Of a DNA stretch of 38,373 nt, positions 27,752 to 36,873 are shown piece after piece (position 1 is the stretch's first letter; each line of letters begins with the position of its first letter). Location of the stretch: positions 1 through 38,373 of the forward strand of contig JAAZVG010000001.1 in assembly GCA_018623655.1 (NCBI GenBank), in the 5' to 3' direction. Position numbers and translations under genes: made by a program. The stretch comes from Flavobacteriaceae bacterium. Its GTDB lineage: Bacteria > Bacteroidota > Bacteroidia > Flavobacteriales > Flavobacteriaceae. The notes beneath the pieces are model-generated. The model did no database searches. It was not told the origin of the DNA and saw nothing but the letters and a program-made list of their open reading frames with translations.

Positions 27752-28621
27752 ATGAAAAGACGATCGTTTCTGGCCAAAGTTCCATTGGCCGCAGCTGCGG
27801 GAGCCACATTCTCTAATTCCCTTGCACAAGACAAGATATTTGAACCACTAATCGATCATAAACTAAGGCATTCTGTGGCTCGATGGTGCCTTTCCCAATT
27901 TTCACTAGAAGAAATTTTACCTCGACTAAAGGATCTTGGAATCTATTCGATTGATCTTATAGGGCCTAACGAATTTGAAATTCTAAAAAAACATGAATTT
28001 CATTGTAGCATGTGTGAAGGAGCAGCAATTAGCCTGACTGAAGGTTGGAATCGTTTAGATCTTCACGATGAATTAATTAAACGCTATAAGGCAGTGATTC
28101 CGAAAGTAGCGGATGCTGGATTTACCAATTTGATTTGTTTTAGTGGAAACAGAAACGGAATGGACGATTATGTCGGTCTCGAAAACTGTGCTCAAGGTTT
28201 AGAACAAATATTACCATTAGCTGAGAAATACGGAGTGGTCATTCAAATGGAACTATTTAATCAAATGAATCACCCAGATTATATGGCTGACTCAAGCCTA
28301 TGGGGTATAAGCTTGTGTAGGCGTCTAGGAACAGAAAACTTCAAGCTACTCTACGATATTTACCACATGCAGATTCAAGAAGGAAACATTATTGATACCA
28401 TCAACAAATACCATTCGTATTTCGGACATTACCACACTGCGGGTGTACCAGGCAGAAATGAAATCGAAGAAGAACAAGAGCTTAATTATGCAGGGATTAT
28501 GAAAGCCATTCACCAAACCGGTTTTAAAGGTCATGTAGCTCAAGAGTTTATACCCTTGCGTGAAGATCCTTTCGTATCACTAAAAAAGGCCGTTGCTATC
28601 TGCGAGCAACTCCTCCTCTAG
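27752..28621 (+). CDS. Hydroxypyruvate-isomerase-family / xylose-isomerase-like TIM-barrel protein with a twin-arginine signal peptide
   Basis: 'MKRRSFLAKVPLAAAAGATFSNSLAQ' is a Tat motif. 'FGHYHTAGVPGRNE' is a Hyi-like signature. The ATG at 27752 is preferred over the TTG at 27722. Confidence 0.8.
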   Translation: MKRRSFLAKVPLAAAAGATFSNSLAQDKIFEPLIDHKLRHSVARWCLSQFSLEEILPRLKDLGIYSIDLIGPNEFEILKKHEFHCSMCEGAAISLTEGWNRLDLHDELIKRYKAVIPKVADAGFTNLICFSGNRNGMDDYVGLENCAQGLEQILPLAEKYGVVIQMELFNQMNHPDYMADSSLWGISLCRRLGTENFKLLYDIYHMQIQEGNIIDTINKYHSYFGHYHTAGVPGRNEIEEEQELNYAGIMKAIHQTGFKGHVAQEFIPLREDPFVSLKKAVAICEQLLL

Positions 28622-30169
28622 TGGGTAATCTCTAAGTAACAAATACAATGCGCAAGAATCCTCATCTTTAATGGAGTATTCTTCAATCCCATCTAACTCC
28701 GCCTTTTCGATAAACTCAGCCTCAAGCAGCTTATAGGCCTCAGGGCGAAGCTGTTTTTCAGTTTCAAGTAGATAATCACAGAACCAATGCTCAGGAATCG
28801 ATCTCCATGGCTTAATAAGCTCAGCAGGAATACGAGAATCAATGGGTGTAACTTCTAATTTAGAGAACCGGGCAAGACGATACCAGGTATTCTGAAAATC
28901 ATCCATCCCAAATAATTTGTAATCAAGCGAAGAAGAACTGTAAACCTGCGGGCTGACTACATTATTTGCAGTTTCAACTGCTATTCTTAAAAAGAAATCA
29001 AAACTAAGATCAAAAGCTCTAGCTGTGATTACTTCAGGAACATACCCTCTATCTTCATAAAATTGTTCGATAAACTCCTCTGAAGGGAATCCATATACTT
29101 CTGGATAAGAGAATTCTAGATTCGAAAGATGAATTGGATCCATACTTCGCTCTGTGTAAATCGAGGAAGGAGTGGTTGTAAACATTCTCATACTTTTCAC
29201 CGGCTCTGATTCAATACCGCTCAAAATCGAACTCACAGAGGCTGCTAAGGCGGCGTTCTTCGTTTCTACAAAGGTCCAATTAGGAATAATCGAATCAACA
29301 ATCGTGTCTCTGAAGGTCTGCACACTCTCTATAGATACGTTTTTATAAAGTGGAATTTGCTCCGCTTCAATAAAGATGGCCTTAATTTTCTCAAAGGCCT
29401 CTATATTTTGATTGTCTGAAACCACAAAAACACGTTCACCACGATATTGGGAAAGAGCGTATTCAATTATCTCATCTCTTAACTCCGTCTCATCAGGAAC
29501 ACCGAAATAAACTTGACCTTTTAGTCCTTCTTCAGGTGACATTAGTGGAGCGAGAATAGGTATTGAATCTACTTTATTGGCCTTAACAAATGATCGGAAA
29601 ACTCTAGGACTTAATGGACCTACAACTGCGTCTGGCAATACTGAATCCTTCGAAAAAATAGAATCAACTACAGTTGTACTAAGCTCTGTATCATAAGTTT
29701 TTAATGAAATTGATAAACCTAGTTTTGAAAGGGAATCAATAGCGTAGGATAAGCCCTCGTAAAATTCTAGAGCAACTCGCATATCTCTACGAATGTCCAT
29801 CAATCGATTTAAACTCAGCGTGTCAATTTCGGCATTGGGAATAACAATACTATCTCCAGAGATAGTGTCTTGAACGATCTTGTCTTTGAGGGGAACTAAA
29901 TCTTTTCTAAAGGGCAATAAAACGGCTACATCAAGCTTACTTTTACTTAATGGATGGGTCTTCAAGTCATTGATTGTATCTTTCTGAACTATTGTATCTA
30001 CATCAATCACAAGCTTCTTCTCTTCGACAATCACTGATCGAATCTGCTCTGTTCTTGCAGTTTGATTTTTTTTTCTTGATCTCTTTAGCCACTGGGCATC
30101 TACTTCAGTACTAACACCAATTAGTATGAACCCAACCAAAGTAAAAATATAATTGTTTTTTATTCCCAT
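28580..30169 (-). CDS. Exported protein with a type-1 periplasmic-binding-protein-like core and a roughly 100-aa acidic C-terminal extension; function unknown
   Basis: Signal peptide '[18 protein letters not shown]'. 'LDVAVLLPF ... [15 protein letters not shown] ... AVVGPL' resembles LivK/Peripla_BP_6-type proteins. Its ATG overlaps the guaA stop by 10 nt. Confidence 0.55.
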   Translation of the reverse strand: MGIKNNYIFTLVGFILIGVSTEVDAQWLKRSRKKNQTARTEQIRSVIVEEKKLVIDVDTIVQKDTINDLKTHPLSKSKLDVAVLLPFRKDLVPLKDKIVQDTISGDSIVIPNAEIDTLSLNRLMDIRRDMRVALEFYEGLSYAIDSLSKLGLSISLKTYDTELSTTVVDSIFSKDSVLPDAVVGPLSPRVFRSFVKANKVDSIPILAPLMSPEEGLKGQVYFGVPDETELRDEIIEYALSQYRGERVFVVSDNQNIEAFEKIKAIFIEAEQIPLYKNVSIESVQTFRDTIVDSIIPNWTFVETKNAALAASVSSILSGIESEPVKSMRMFTTTPSSIYTERSMDPIHLSNLEFSYPEVYGFPSEEFIEQFYEDRGYVPEVITARAFDLSFDFFLRIAVETANNVVSPQVYSSSSLDYKLFGMDDFQNTWYRLARFSKLEVTPIDSRIPAELIKPWRSIPEHWFCDYLLETEKQLRPEAYKLLEAEFIEKAELDGIEEYSIKDEDSCALYLLLRDYPLEEELLADSNGLF

Positions 30170-31692
30170 TCAATAGTTGCAGGTGGTTTAGAGCTTATGT
30201 CGTAAACCACTCTATTTACTCCTTTGACTTTATTAATGATTTCATTCGACACCTCTTGCAAAAATGGGTAGGGTAGATCGACCCAATCTGCAGTCATCCC
30301 ATCGGTACTTTCTACAGCGCGAAGCGCAACACATCGCTCGTAAGTTCTTTCATCGCCCATGACACCCACACTTTGAACCGGAAGCAAAATAACCCCTGCC
30401 TGCCAAACACGATCATATAATCCATGACGTTTCAGTGCCCCAATAAAAATAGCATCAGCTTCTTGAAGCAAGGCCACTTTTTCTGCAGTAATATCACCAA
30501 GGATTCGAATAGCTAATCCTGGTCCAGGGAAAGGATGACGTCCGATAAGATTTTCGGGCATATTCATACTTCGACCCACCCGACGAACTTCATCTTTAAA
30601 TAGCTTTTTTAGAGGCTCTACTACTTTAAGTTTCATATAATCAGGTAATCCTCCAACATTATGATGGCTTTTGATAGTGGCTGATGGACCTCCAGTGGCA
30701 GAAACAGATTCTATAACATCTGGATATATCGTTCCTTGTGCTAGCCACTTAGCACCCTCTACCTCTTTCGATTCATCATCGAAAACATCGACAAAAATCT
30801 TTCCAATGGCTTTACGTTTCTTCTCAGGATCACGAATTTCAGATAGCGCATCTAAAAATCGAGATGAAGCATCAACTCCTTTTACATTGAGCCCAAACCC
30901 TTTATACTGATCAAGAACATCCTCAAATTCATTCTTGCGAAGAAGACCATTATTAACGAATATACAATGCAAGTTCGGACCAATTGCTTGATGAAGAAGC
31001 AAAGCTGCTACAGAGGAATCAACACCCCCTGATAATCCTAAGATTACTTTATCATCACCTAGGGTTTCCTTTAATTCATCAACCGTCTCTTCAACAAATG
31101 CATCTGGTGTCCAATCACCTGTAAAACCAGCAATATGAATAAGGAAATTTTTAATTAACTGCGTTCCCTGGGTAGAGTGATAGACTTCAGGGTGAAACTG
31201 TATCGCGTAGGTATCCTCATCGATAAAACGATAGGCTGCATTTTTAACATCAGCAGTACTTGCTAAACAAACTGCTCCTTTAGGAAGTTCGGTAATTGTG
31301 TCAGAATGAGACATCCAAACTTGAGAATTAATTTCAATTCCCTCAAGAAACGCATCCGCTGAGTGAATGGTTTTTAAATTTGCTCTACCATACTCCCGAA
31401 TATTTGAAGCCTCGACTCTACCTCCGTAGTGGGCAGCCATAAATTGTGCTCCAAAACAAACACCTAAAAGAGGAATTTTCCCTTTGATCCCTGACAAATC
31501 TGGTTTAGGTGCGTCCTCTGAACGCACTGAATGCGGTGATCCAGAAAGGATTACAGCCTTGTATGAGCTTAAATCCTCAGGAGCCTTATTAAATGGTATA
31601 ATTTCAGAGAAAATGTTGAGCTCGCGAACTCGTCTTGCGATAAGTTGTGTGTACTGAGAGCCAAAATCGAGAATGAGTACTTTTTGATGCAT
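30160..31692 (-). CDS. guaA: GMP synthase (glutamine-hydrolysing)
   Basis: '[15 protein letters not shown]', 'GVCFGAQ', PP-loop '[14 protein letters not shown]', C-terminal 'PPATIEWE'. The ATG at 31692 is preferred over the TTG at 31698. Confidence 0.96.
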   Translation of the reverse strand: MHQKVLILDFGSQYTQLIARRVRELNIFSEIIPFNKAPEDLSSYKAVILSGSPHSVRSEDAPKPDLSGIKGKIPLLGVCFGAQFMAAHYGGRVEASNIREYGRANLKTIHSADAFLEGIEINSQVWMSHSDTITELPKGAVCLASTADVKNAAYRFIDEDTYAIQFHPEVYHSTQGTQLIKNFLIHIAGFTGDWTPDAFVEETVDELKETLGDDKVILGLSGGVDSSVAALLLHQAIGPNLHCIFVNNGLLRKNEFEDVLDQYKGFGLNVKGVDASSRFLDALSEIRDPEKKRKAIGKIFVDVFDDESKEVEGAKWLAQGTIYPDVIESVSATGGPSATIKSHHNVGGLPDYMKLKVVEPLKKLFKDEVRRVGRSMNMPENLIGRHPFPGPGLAIRILGDITAEKVALLQEADAIFIGALKRHGLYDRVWQAGVILLPVQSVGVMGDERTYERCVALRAVESTDGMTADWVDLPYPFLQEVSNEIINKVKGVNRVVYDISSKPPATIEWE

Positions 31693-31695
31693 GGG

Positions 31696-31703
31696 CAAAA
31701 ATA
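31696..31703 (-). promoter_or_regulatory. -7 promoter box TATTTTTG (minus strand), immediately upstream of guaA
   Basis: Exact TAnnTTTG on the minus strand, followed by CCC and then the guaA ATG. Confidence 0.4.
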
Positions 31704-31749
31704 GTCAAATGAAAAACGGCCGCAAGGCGATTTGAAGTATTTTTAACCA

Positions 31750-32319
31750 ATGAAATTAACACCCTTCACATCTGCAGAAGAATTTGCGTTATACTGCTCC
31801 AAGTCATTAAAAGAGGCACCTAAACGCCGTAAATCGAACTTTAAGTATTTTAGCTTGAATACTTTAGGATTAATCAATGAAGTCATATATCCACAAAGTA
31901 GGATGGTCGTTTTACGAGAAGTATTTGAACACTTTAATTTTCGCATATACACAGACTCACGAACTGAAAAAGTAGCCGCTATTGAATCGTATAAGGAAGC
32001 TTCAGCACTGTTTTATGATCCAAAAAAAATGATACAAATACGACTAGAAGGATGTCTCTCAAAAATCGAAGATTCAGGGCATAATTTTGAAAAACTGAGT
32101 GCACAACAAAAAAAAGATTACCGAACTAAAATGGCGCCAGGAACTATTTCGAATTCATTTACGACCATTCACGAAGATGAAGGTGGTTATTTTCAAATTT
32201 TGGACTTTAAAACAGAACGATTCGATCTCGTTCAATTACACTCAGAAGGTCATAGGAGAGTCAAAGGTTTATTAGATAGTAAAGGTGAAATCAGCGACCT
32301 TAGCTGGGTCACACCTTAG
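31750..32319 (+). CDS. Pyridoxamine 5'-phosphate oxidase family (FMN-binding split barrel) protein
   Basis: 'PQSRMVVLREV...FRIYTDSRTEKVAAIE...ASALFYDPKKMIQIRLEG' follows the PNPOx pattern. Confidence 0.6.
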   Translation: MKLTPFTSAEEFALYCSKSLKEAPKRRKSNFKYFSLNTLGLINEVIYPQSRMVVLREVFEHFNFRIYTDSRTEKVAAIESYKEASALFYDPKKMIQIRLEGCLSKIEDSGHNFEKLSAQQKKDYRTKMAPGTISNSFTTIHEDEGGYFQILDFKTERFDLVQLHSEGHRRVKGLLDSKGEISDLSWVTP

Positions 32320-33905
32320 AAGTCCCATTCGATAACAACAAACTTGCCTTGAATCGTATTTGATTCTTCAATTAGTTTCTCTATTAGGGATTGACCCAAT
32401 TGATTATAGAAAGAAGAGAAGTTTTCGATACGCTCTTGATGAGTACCTAGTGGCCTAACTAGGTCATACAAGAGAGATACCCTCGAGACATGGTCAGACA
32501 AAACTCGTTTTTGAGCTTTAAGCAAACGTTTTTCAAGTTTATACAATCCCTTTTTCTGCTTCTTTTCTTGCGCATTAACAGCTCCTTCAAAACTCTTATC
32601 AGTATCTGTGGCAATTTTGCGAAGTCGATTGAACTGTTCATCAAGGTTAGAATGAGCAGATGTAAAATCCAAATCAATATTTGATACTCTACGAATCTCA
32701 AAATTGATCAGTGCATCTTTTGACTTGAAAAAATGAATCCAATTAAGATTTAATGCCTCGCACTTCTTCGCTGTTTTATGATCGACCAATAAGAATGAAT
32801 TTCTCGCTATAAGTATAGGAAATCGAAGGTTGACTGTCTCAAAAATAGGCTTTAACTGAAGCCAATACGAGAGCTCCGCGCCCCCACCAATATAGGCCAG
32901 GTTTGGGAGTATTTTCTCTTGATAAAGCGGACGCAACAATACGTTGGGCGATATATTTTCAGGATGAGACTCAACCTCAGCAAAGAGTTCACTCTTGCTC
33001 CAGCAGATGCTACGGTCAGCTAAAGCATACTGATCAGATCCGTCTTTAACGATTCTGGTGCGTTTATTTTTCTCTAAATAAAACAAATTGATTTCTCGAG
33101 GATTGACCTGAATTGAGTACCCATTTGCTTCAAGTTTAGAATTTTGACTTGCTACGAGATTAGCCGAAAAATCTCCTTCTAATTCTTTCATCCATAAATC
33201 GGCGGCTAAACCTTTGAGCTCTCTACAGTCTGCATCAATAACTATTAATCCCTTATCACCAAAAAGACGATGTGCTAATTTTCTAGTGGCTTCTGCTAAG
33301 GATTTTTCTTTGTAAGCATCTTTCAACAATTCTTTCAACTCATCACTAAATGATGCTACATCGTGTTGTCGTTTTAAGGCATTTAATACCTTGTCAATCC
33401 CTTCTGTAGAAAAACGTCCAACTGCACCTCCTTGTTCACTTTCCCATACAAATTTCTTGCCTTTACTGTAGAAATGATTGATCTCGATAAAGTCGTGATC
33501 TTCGGTGGCCATCCAATAAACAGGAATAAAGTGACACTTTGGAAATTGGGAATTCAAATATTCACTTAAGGAAATCGTATGTGCAATTTTATAAAGAAAA
33601 TATAGCGGTCCGGTTGCTAAATTTAGTTGATGACCGGTAGTAATCGTGTAGGTATTCTCTTGGGTTAAGGATGCTATTTGATTTAAAACTAAATCACTGG
33701 AAAAATCTTGATATTGTCGTTTCAGACTTTTCACTAAAACCTCACGATGCGACATCGGAAACTGAAAATTTTCGATTTGTTTGCGAAAGCCTTCAAGATT
33801 TGCACGCTCTCCATAGAATTCTGACGAAAGTTCTCCTGTTAAATAGTCTTTCACTAAAGAATTATGAAAGGGAATATCTGTAAAGTCAAATGCAGTCTTA
33901 GTCAT
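32316..33905 (-). CDS. bshC: Bacillithiol biosynthesis cysteine-adding enzyme BshC
   Basis: 'TGHQLNLATGPLYFLYKI ... IPVYWMATEDHDFIEINHF' and 'NVLLRPLYQEKILPNLAYIGGGAELSYWLQL' align closely with my recollection of B. subtilis BshC (YllA). The 529-aa length is typical. Confidence 0.88.
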   Translation of the reverse strand: MTKTAFDFTDIPFHNSLVKDYLTGELSSEFYGERANLEGFRKQIENFQFPMSHREVLVKSLKRQYQDFSSDLVLNQIASLTQENTYTITTGHQLNLATGPLYFLYKIAHTISLSEYLNSQFPKCHFIPVYWMATEDHDFIEINHFYSKGKKFVWESEQGGAVGRFSTEGIDKVLNALKRQHDVASFSDELKELLKDAYKEKSLAEATRKLAHRLFGDKGLIVIDADCRELKGLAADLWMKELEGDFSANLVASQNSKLEANGYSIQVNPREINLFYLEKNKRTRIVKDGSDQYALADRSICWSKSELFAEVESHPENISPNVLLRPLYQEKILPNLAYIGGGAELSYWLQLKPIFETVNLRFPILIARNSFLLVDHKTAKKCEALNLNWIHFFKSKDALINFEIRRVSNIDLDFTSAHSNLDEQFNRLRKIATDTDKSFEGAVNAQEKKQKKGLYKLEKRLLKAQKRVLSDHVSRVSLLYDLVRPLGTHQERIENFSSFYNQLGQSLIEKLIEESNTIQGKFVVIEWDF

Positions 33906-33978
33906 AAAGATCCTAACTGTGAAAAGTAAAGATACGGACTAATTTTCGTAGCTTTTCGCTCTCTAAATTGATTTAAAA

Positions 33979-36405
33979 ATGTTTAAAAACCTCTTCGCTC
34001 TTTTAGGAGTTGTAACCTTCTCCTTCGGACAGATACAATCACCAGCAGAATTCTTGGGATACGAGTTGGGAGATTCATTCACTAGACATCACAAGGTGGT
34101 AGAATACTACCAGCAACTCGCTGCAGCAGACCCAGATCGAGTCGTGCTTGAAAAATATGGTGAAACCAATGAGGGAAGACCGCTCTACCTCGTCTTTCTA
34201 GGAAGTAAGAATAGTATTTCAAATCGTGAGCAGATACGAGTGAATCACCTAAAAACCTTAGTCGGCGAATCTACAGAAGATTATTCTATTGTTTGGCTTA
34301 GCTATAATGTTCATGGGAATGAAAGTGTGAGTACTGAAGCTTCGATGAAAACAGCTTTTGAATTACTAACCGAAAAAAGTCATTTTTTAGATAACACTTT
34401 GGTGATTATCGATCCATGTATTAATCCAGATGGAAGAGATCGATATGTTAACTGGTACAACCAAACTAAAAATAAAAGAATTCAGCCTGACCCAAATAGT
34501 GCTGAACACTTTGAACCTTGGCATTCCGGTAGAACGAATCATTATGTATTTGATTTGAATCGCGACTGGGTATGGATGACTCAAGTAGAAAGTAAGGCTA
34601 GACTACCGCTATATCAGAAGTGGCAACCACAGATTCATGTGGATTTTCACGAACAAGGAGTAAATCAGCCTTATTATTTCGCACCAGCAGCAGAACCATT
34701 ACACGAGGTAATCACTGATTTTCAGAAACAATTTCAAGATGAAATTGGTCGAAATCACGCCAAATATTTCGACGCTAATGGCTGGTTATATTTTACCAAA
34801 GAGCGTTTCGATTTGTTGTATCCAAGTTACGGAGACACCTACCCTACCTTTCACGGAGCCATAGGAATGACTTACGAACAAGGAGGGAGCGGAAGAGCTG
34901 GGCTTGCGATTAGAAATAGTGAAGGTAATCTTCTCACTCTAAAAGACCGCATAGAACATCACTTTACTACTGGGATTTCTACCGTAGAAATGGCTTCAAA
35001 AAATGGAGAACGTCTTCAGAGAGAAATGGCCAACTTCGTACAAGAAGGTTTAGACGATCCAAAAACTTATATCCTGAGCGGAAATACAGACAACCTTAAG
35101 GCGCTTACTCAATTGCTTGATAAACACCAAATCAATTACGGCCAAGGAAAGGGAAGCTTGGTTAGTGGGTATGATTACCGATCTCAAACTCAAAAGCGCA
35201 TTAAGGCAGATGAGAATAGTTTAATCATCCCTGCAGGTCAAACCAAAAACAAACTAATTCAAGTTTTATTGGAGCCTAGAACAAAATTAAGCGACAGTAT
35301 CACCTATGACATCACCGCTTGGTCTTTGCCATTTACCTATGATGTGAATGCCCTACTCTCGACAAAGAAGGTACCCTACAATAATGGATACTCAGTTTCT
35401 AGTATTGCGGCGATAGAAAAAGGAGCTTTTGCATACGTAATGAACTATAATGGATTTTCTAGTCTGAAGGCCCTAGCAGCTCTTTTGGATCGTGGAATGA
35501 CCGTAAGAACAAGTTATAGTGACTTTAAAATTGCCAAAAACTCCTTTCAAGCAGGCTCTAGCATTCTTTTGGCCGCAGAGAATCCAAATCTCGAAAATAC
35601 CTTGGAGCGAATCAGTCAAGAATTCGAGGTAAGTTTCAAAGCGGTTTCTACTGGTTTTGTAGATCAAGGCAAAGACTTTGGATCGCCTTCGGTAACTAAA
35701 ACAAAGGCTATAAAAATAGCCCTTTTAAAAGGCAATGGCATTTCTTCGTACAACTTTGGAGAATGGTGGCACTTCTTAGAAAATGATTTAGACTATCCAG
35801 TTAGTGTTTTAGATACCGAATACCTGGGGTACTATGATCTAGATAACTATGATGTTTTAATTATGCCAGATGGTAATTATCGCGGCTTTAACGATAACAC
35901 CTTAAACAGTATTGAAAAATGGGTTAGCGATGGGGGAAAACTCATCGCTCAGTCAGGAGCACTTAGCGCCTTAAGTCGTCAAGGCAATTTCAATATTAAA
36001 TTAAAGGATACCGAACAGCCCAGCACTGATCCGTTACTACCTTACGAATTACAAGAAAGGGAAGGAATTAAAAATTACATCACAGGAGCTGTCTTTAAAA
36101 CGAAAGTAGATTCTACCCACCCATTGGCATATGGATATGACTCAAACTACTACGGTTTGAAATTAAATTCAGAAGCCTACGAACTTCTACCTTCTGGAAA
36201 TCTTGTAAGTTTCGCAGGTGACACCGCTCCAATTGCAGGATTTGCAGGGTCTAATACGCTAGAGCCTCTATCAAATAGTCTATTTATTGGAGCAGAAAAT
36301 CACGGGAGAGGTAATGTAGTATACTTCACTGATAATCCTGTGTTTAGAGGTTTTTGGTTTGGAGCGAAGCGATTTGTAGCAAACGCACTCTTTTTTGATT
36401 TTTAA
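33979..36405 (+). CDS. M14 family zinc carboxypeptidase with a roughly 470-aa C-terminal extension
   Basis: Signal peptide. Zn ligands 'HGNES' and 'VDFHEQG'. 'NPDGRDRY'. Confidence 0.88.
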   Translation: MFKNLFALLGVVTFSFGQIQSPAEFLGYELGDSFTRHHKVVEYYQQLAAADPDRVVLEKYGETNEGRPLYLVFLGSKNSISNREQIRVNHLKTLVGESTEDYSIVWLSYNVHGNESVSTEASMKTAFELLTEKSHFLDNTLVIIDPCINPDGRDRYVNWYNQTKNKRIQPDPNSAEHFEPWHSGRTNHYVFDLNRDWVWMTQVESKARLPLYQKWQPQIHVDFHEQGVNQPYYFAPAAEPLHEVITDFQKQFQDEIGRNHAKYFDANGWLYFTKERFDLLYPSYGDTYPTFHGAIGMTYEQGGSGRAGLAIRNSEGNLLTLKDRIEHHFTTGISTVEMASKNGERLQREMANFVQEGLDDPKTYILSGNTDNLKALTQLLDKHQINYGQGKGSLVSGYDYRSQTQKRIKADENSLIIPAGQTKNKLIQVLLEPRTKLSDSITYDITAWSLPFTYDVNALLSTKKVPYNNGYSVSSIAAIEKGAFAYVMNYNGFSSLKALAALLDRGMTVRTSYSDFKIAKNSFQAGSSILLAAENPNLENTLERISQEFEVSFKAVSTGFVDQGKDFGSPSVTKTKAIKIALLKGNGISSYNFGEWWHFLENDLDYPVSVLDTEYLGYYDLDNYDVLIMPDGNYRGFNDNTLNSIEKWVSDGGKLIAQSGALSALSRQGNFNIKLKDTEQPSTDPLLPYELQEREGIKNYITGAVFKTKVDSTHPLAYGYDSNYYGLKLNSEAYELLPSGNLVSFAGDTAPIAGFAGSNTLEPLSNSLFIGAENHGRGNVVYFTDNPVFRGFWFGAKRFVANALFFDF

Positions 36406-36427
36406 TAGAACTTTATTTTCACAATAT

Positions 36428-36454
36428 AAAAAAGGGGGGCTAGCCCCCCTTTTT
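36428..36454. terminator. Strong bidirectional intrinsic terminator
   Basis: AAAAAAGGGGGGCTAGCCCCCCTTTTT: a G6/C6 stem with an A-run and a T-run, lying between the convergent M14 (stop 36405) and DUF5606-like (stop 36457) genes. Confidence 0.75.
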
Positions 36455-36456
36455 AT

Positions 36457-36870
36457 TTAATCTTTCGTTTTGTCTGCCTCGAGCGCCTCTTTTAATTTTT
36501 CTGATTTGAGCAAAAGATTATACCAAGAAAGGATTTTCTTCATATCACTGGCGTAAACACGATCTTCATCATAATTCGGTAGTATCTCAAAAAAATACTC
36601 TTCTAATGCAAGCTTATCGGCTTTTGGACTTACCGAAGTTTGCGCACCCGCTTCTTTTTTGTAAATGGCCTCAAAAACCTCCGATAAAGGGACTTCTCTA
36701 TCCAGTGCATATATAGCGATCTCTGATAGAACACTCACTTTTGATCGGATTGAAACGGTTAGGCGTTTCTTGTCTTTTAACGATTGGCCTACAAATCCTC
36801 CTTTGGTTTGAGCAATTAATTCATATAGACCAGGTTTACCTCCGATTGCAATTATTTTCTCAAATGCCAT
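36457..36870 (-). CDS. Conserved Bacteroidota hypothetical protein (DUF5606-like)
   Basis: 'IIAIGGKPGLYELIAQTKGGFVGQSL ... LSEIAIY ... LPNYDEDRVYASDMKKILSWYN' matches my recollection of DUF5606 proteins found next to def. Confidence 0.6.
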   Translation of the reverse strand: MAFEKIIAIGGKPGLYELIAQTKGGFVGQSLKDKKRLTVSIRSKVSVLSEIAIYALDREVPLSEVFEAIYKKEAGAQTSVSPKADKLALEEYFFEILPNYDEDRVYASDMKKILSWYNLLLKSEKLKEALEADKTKD

Positions 36871-36873
36871 TAC

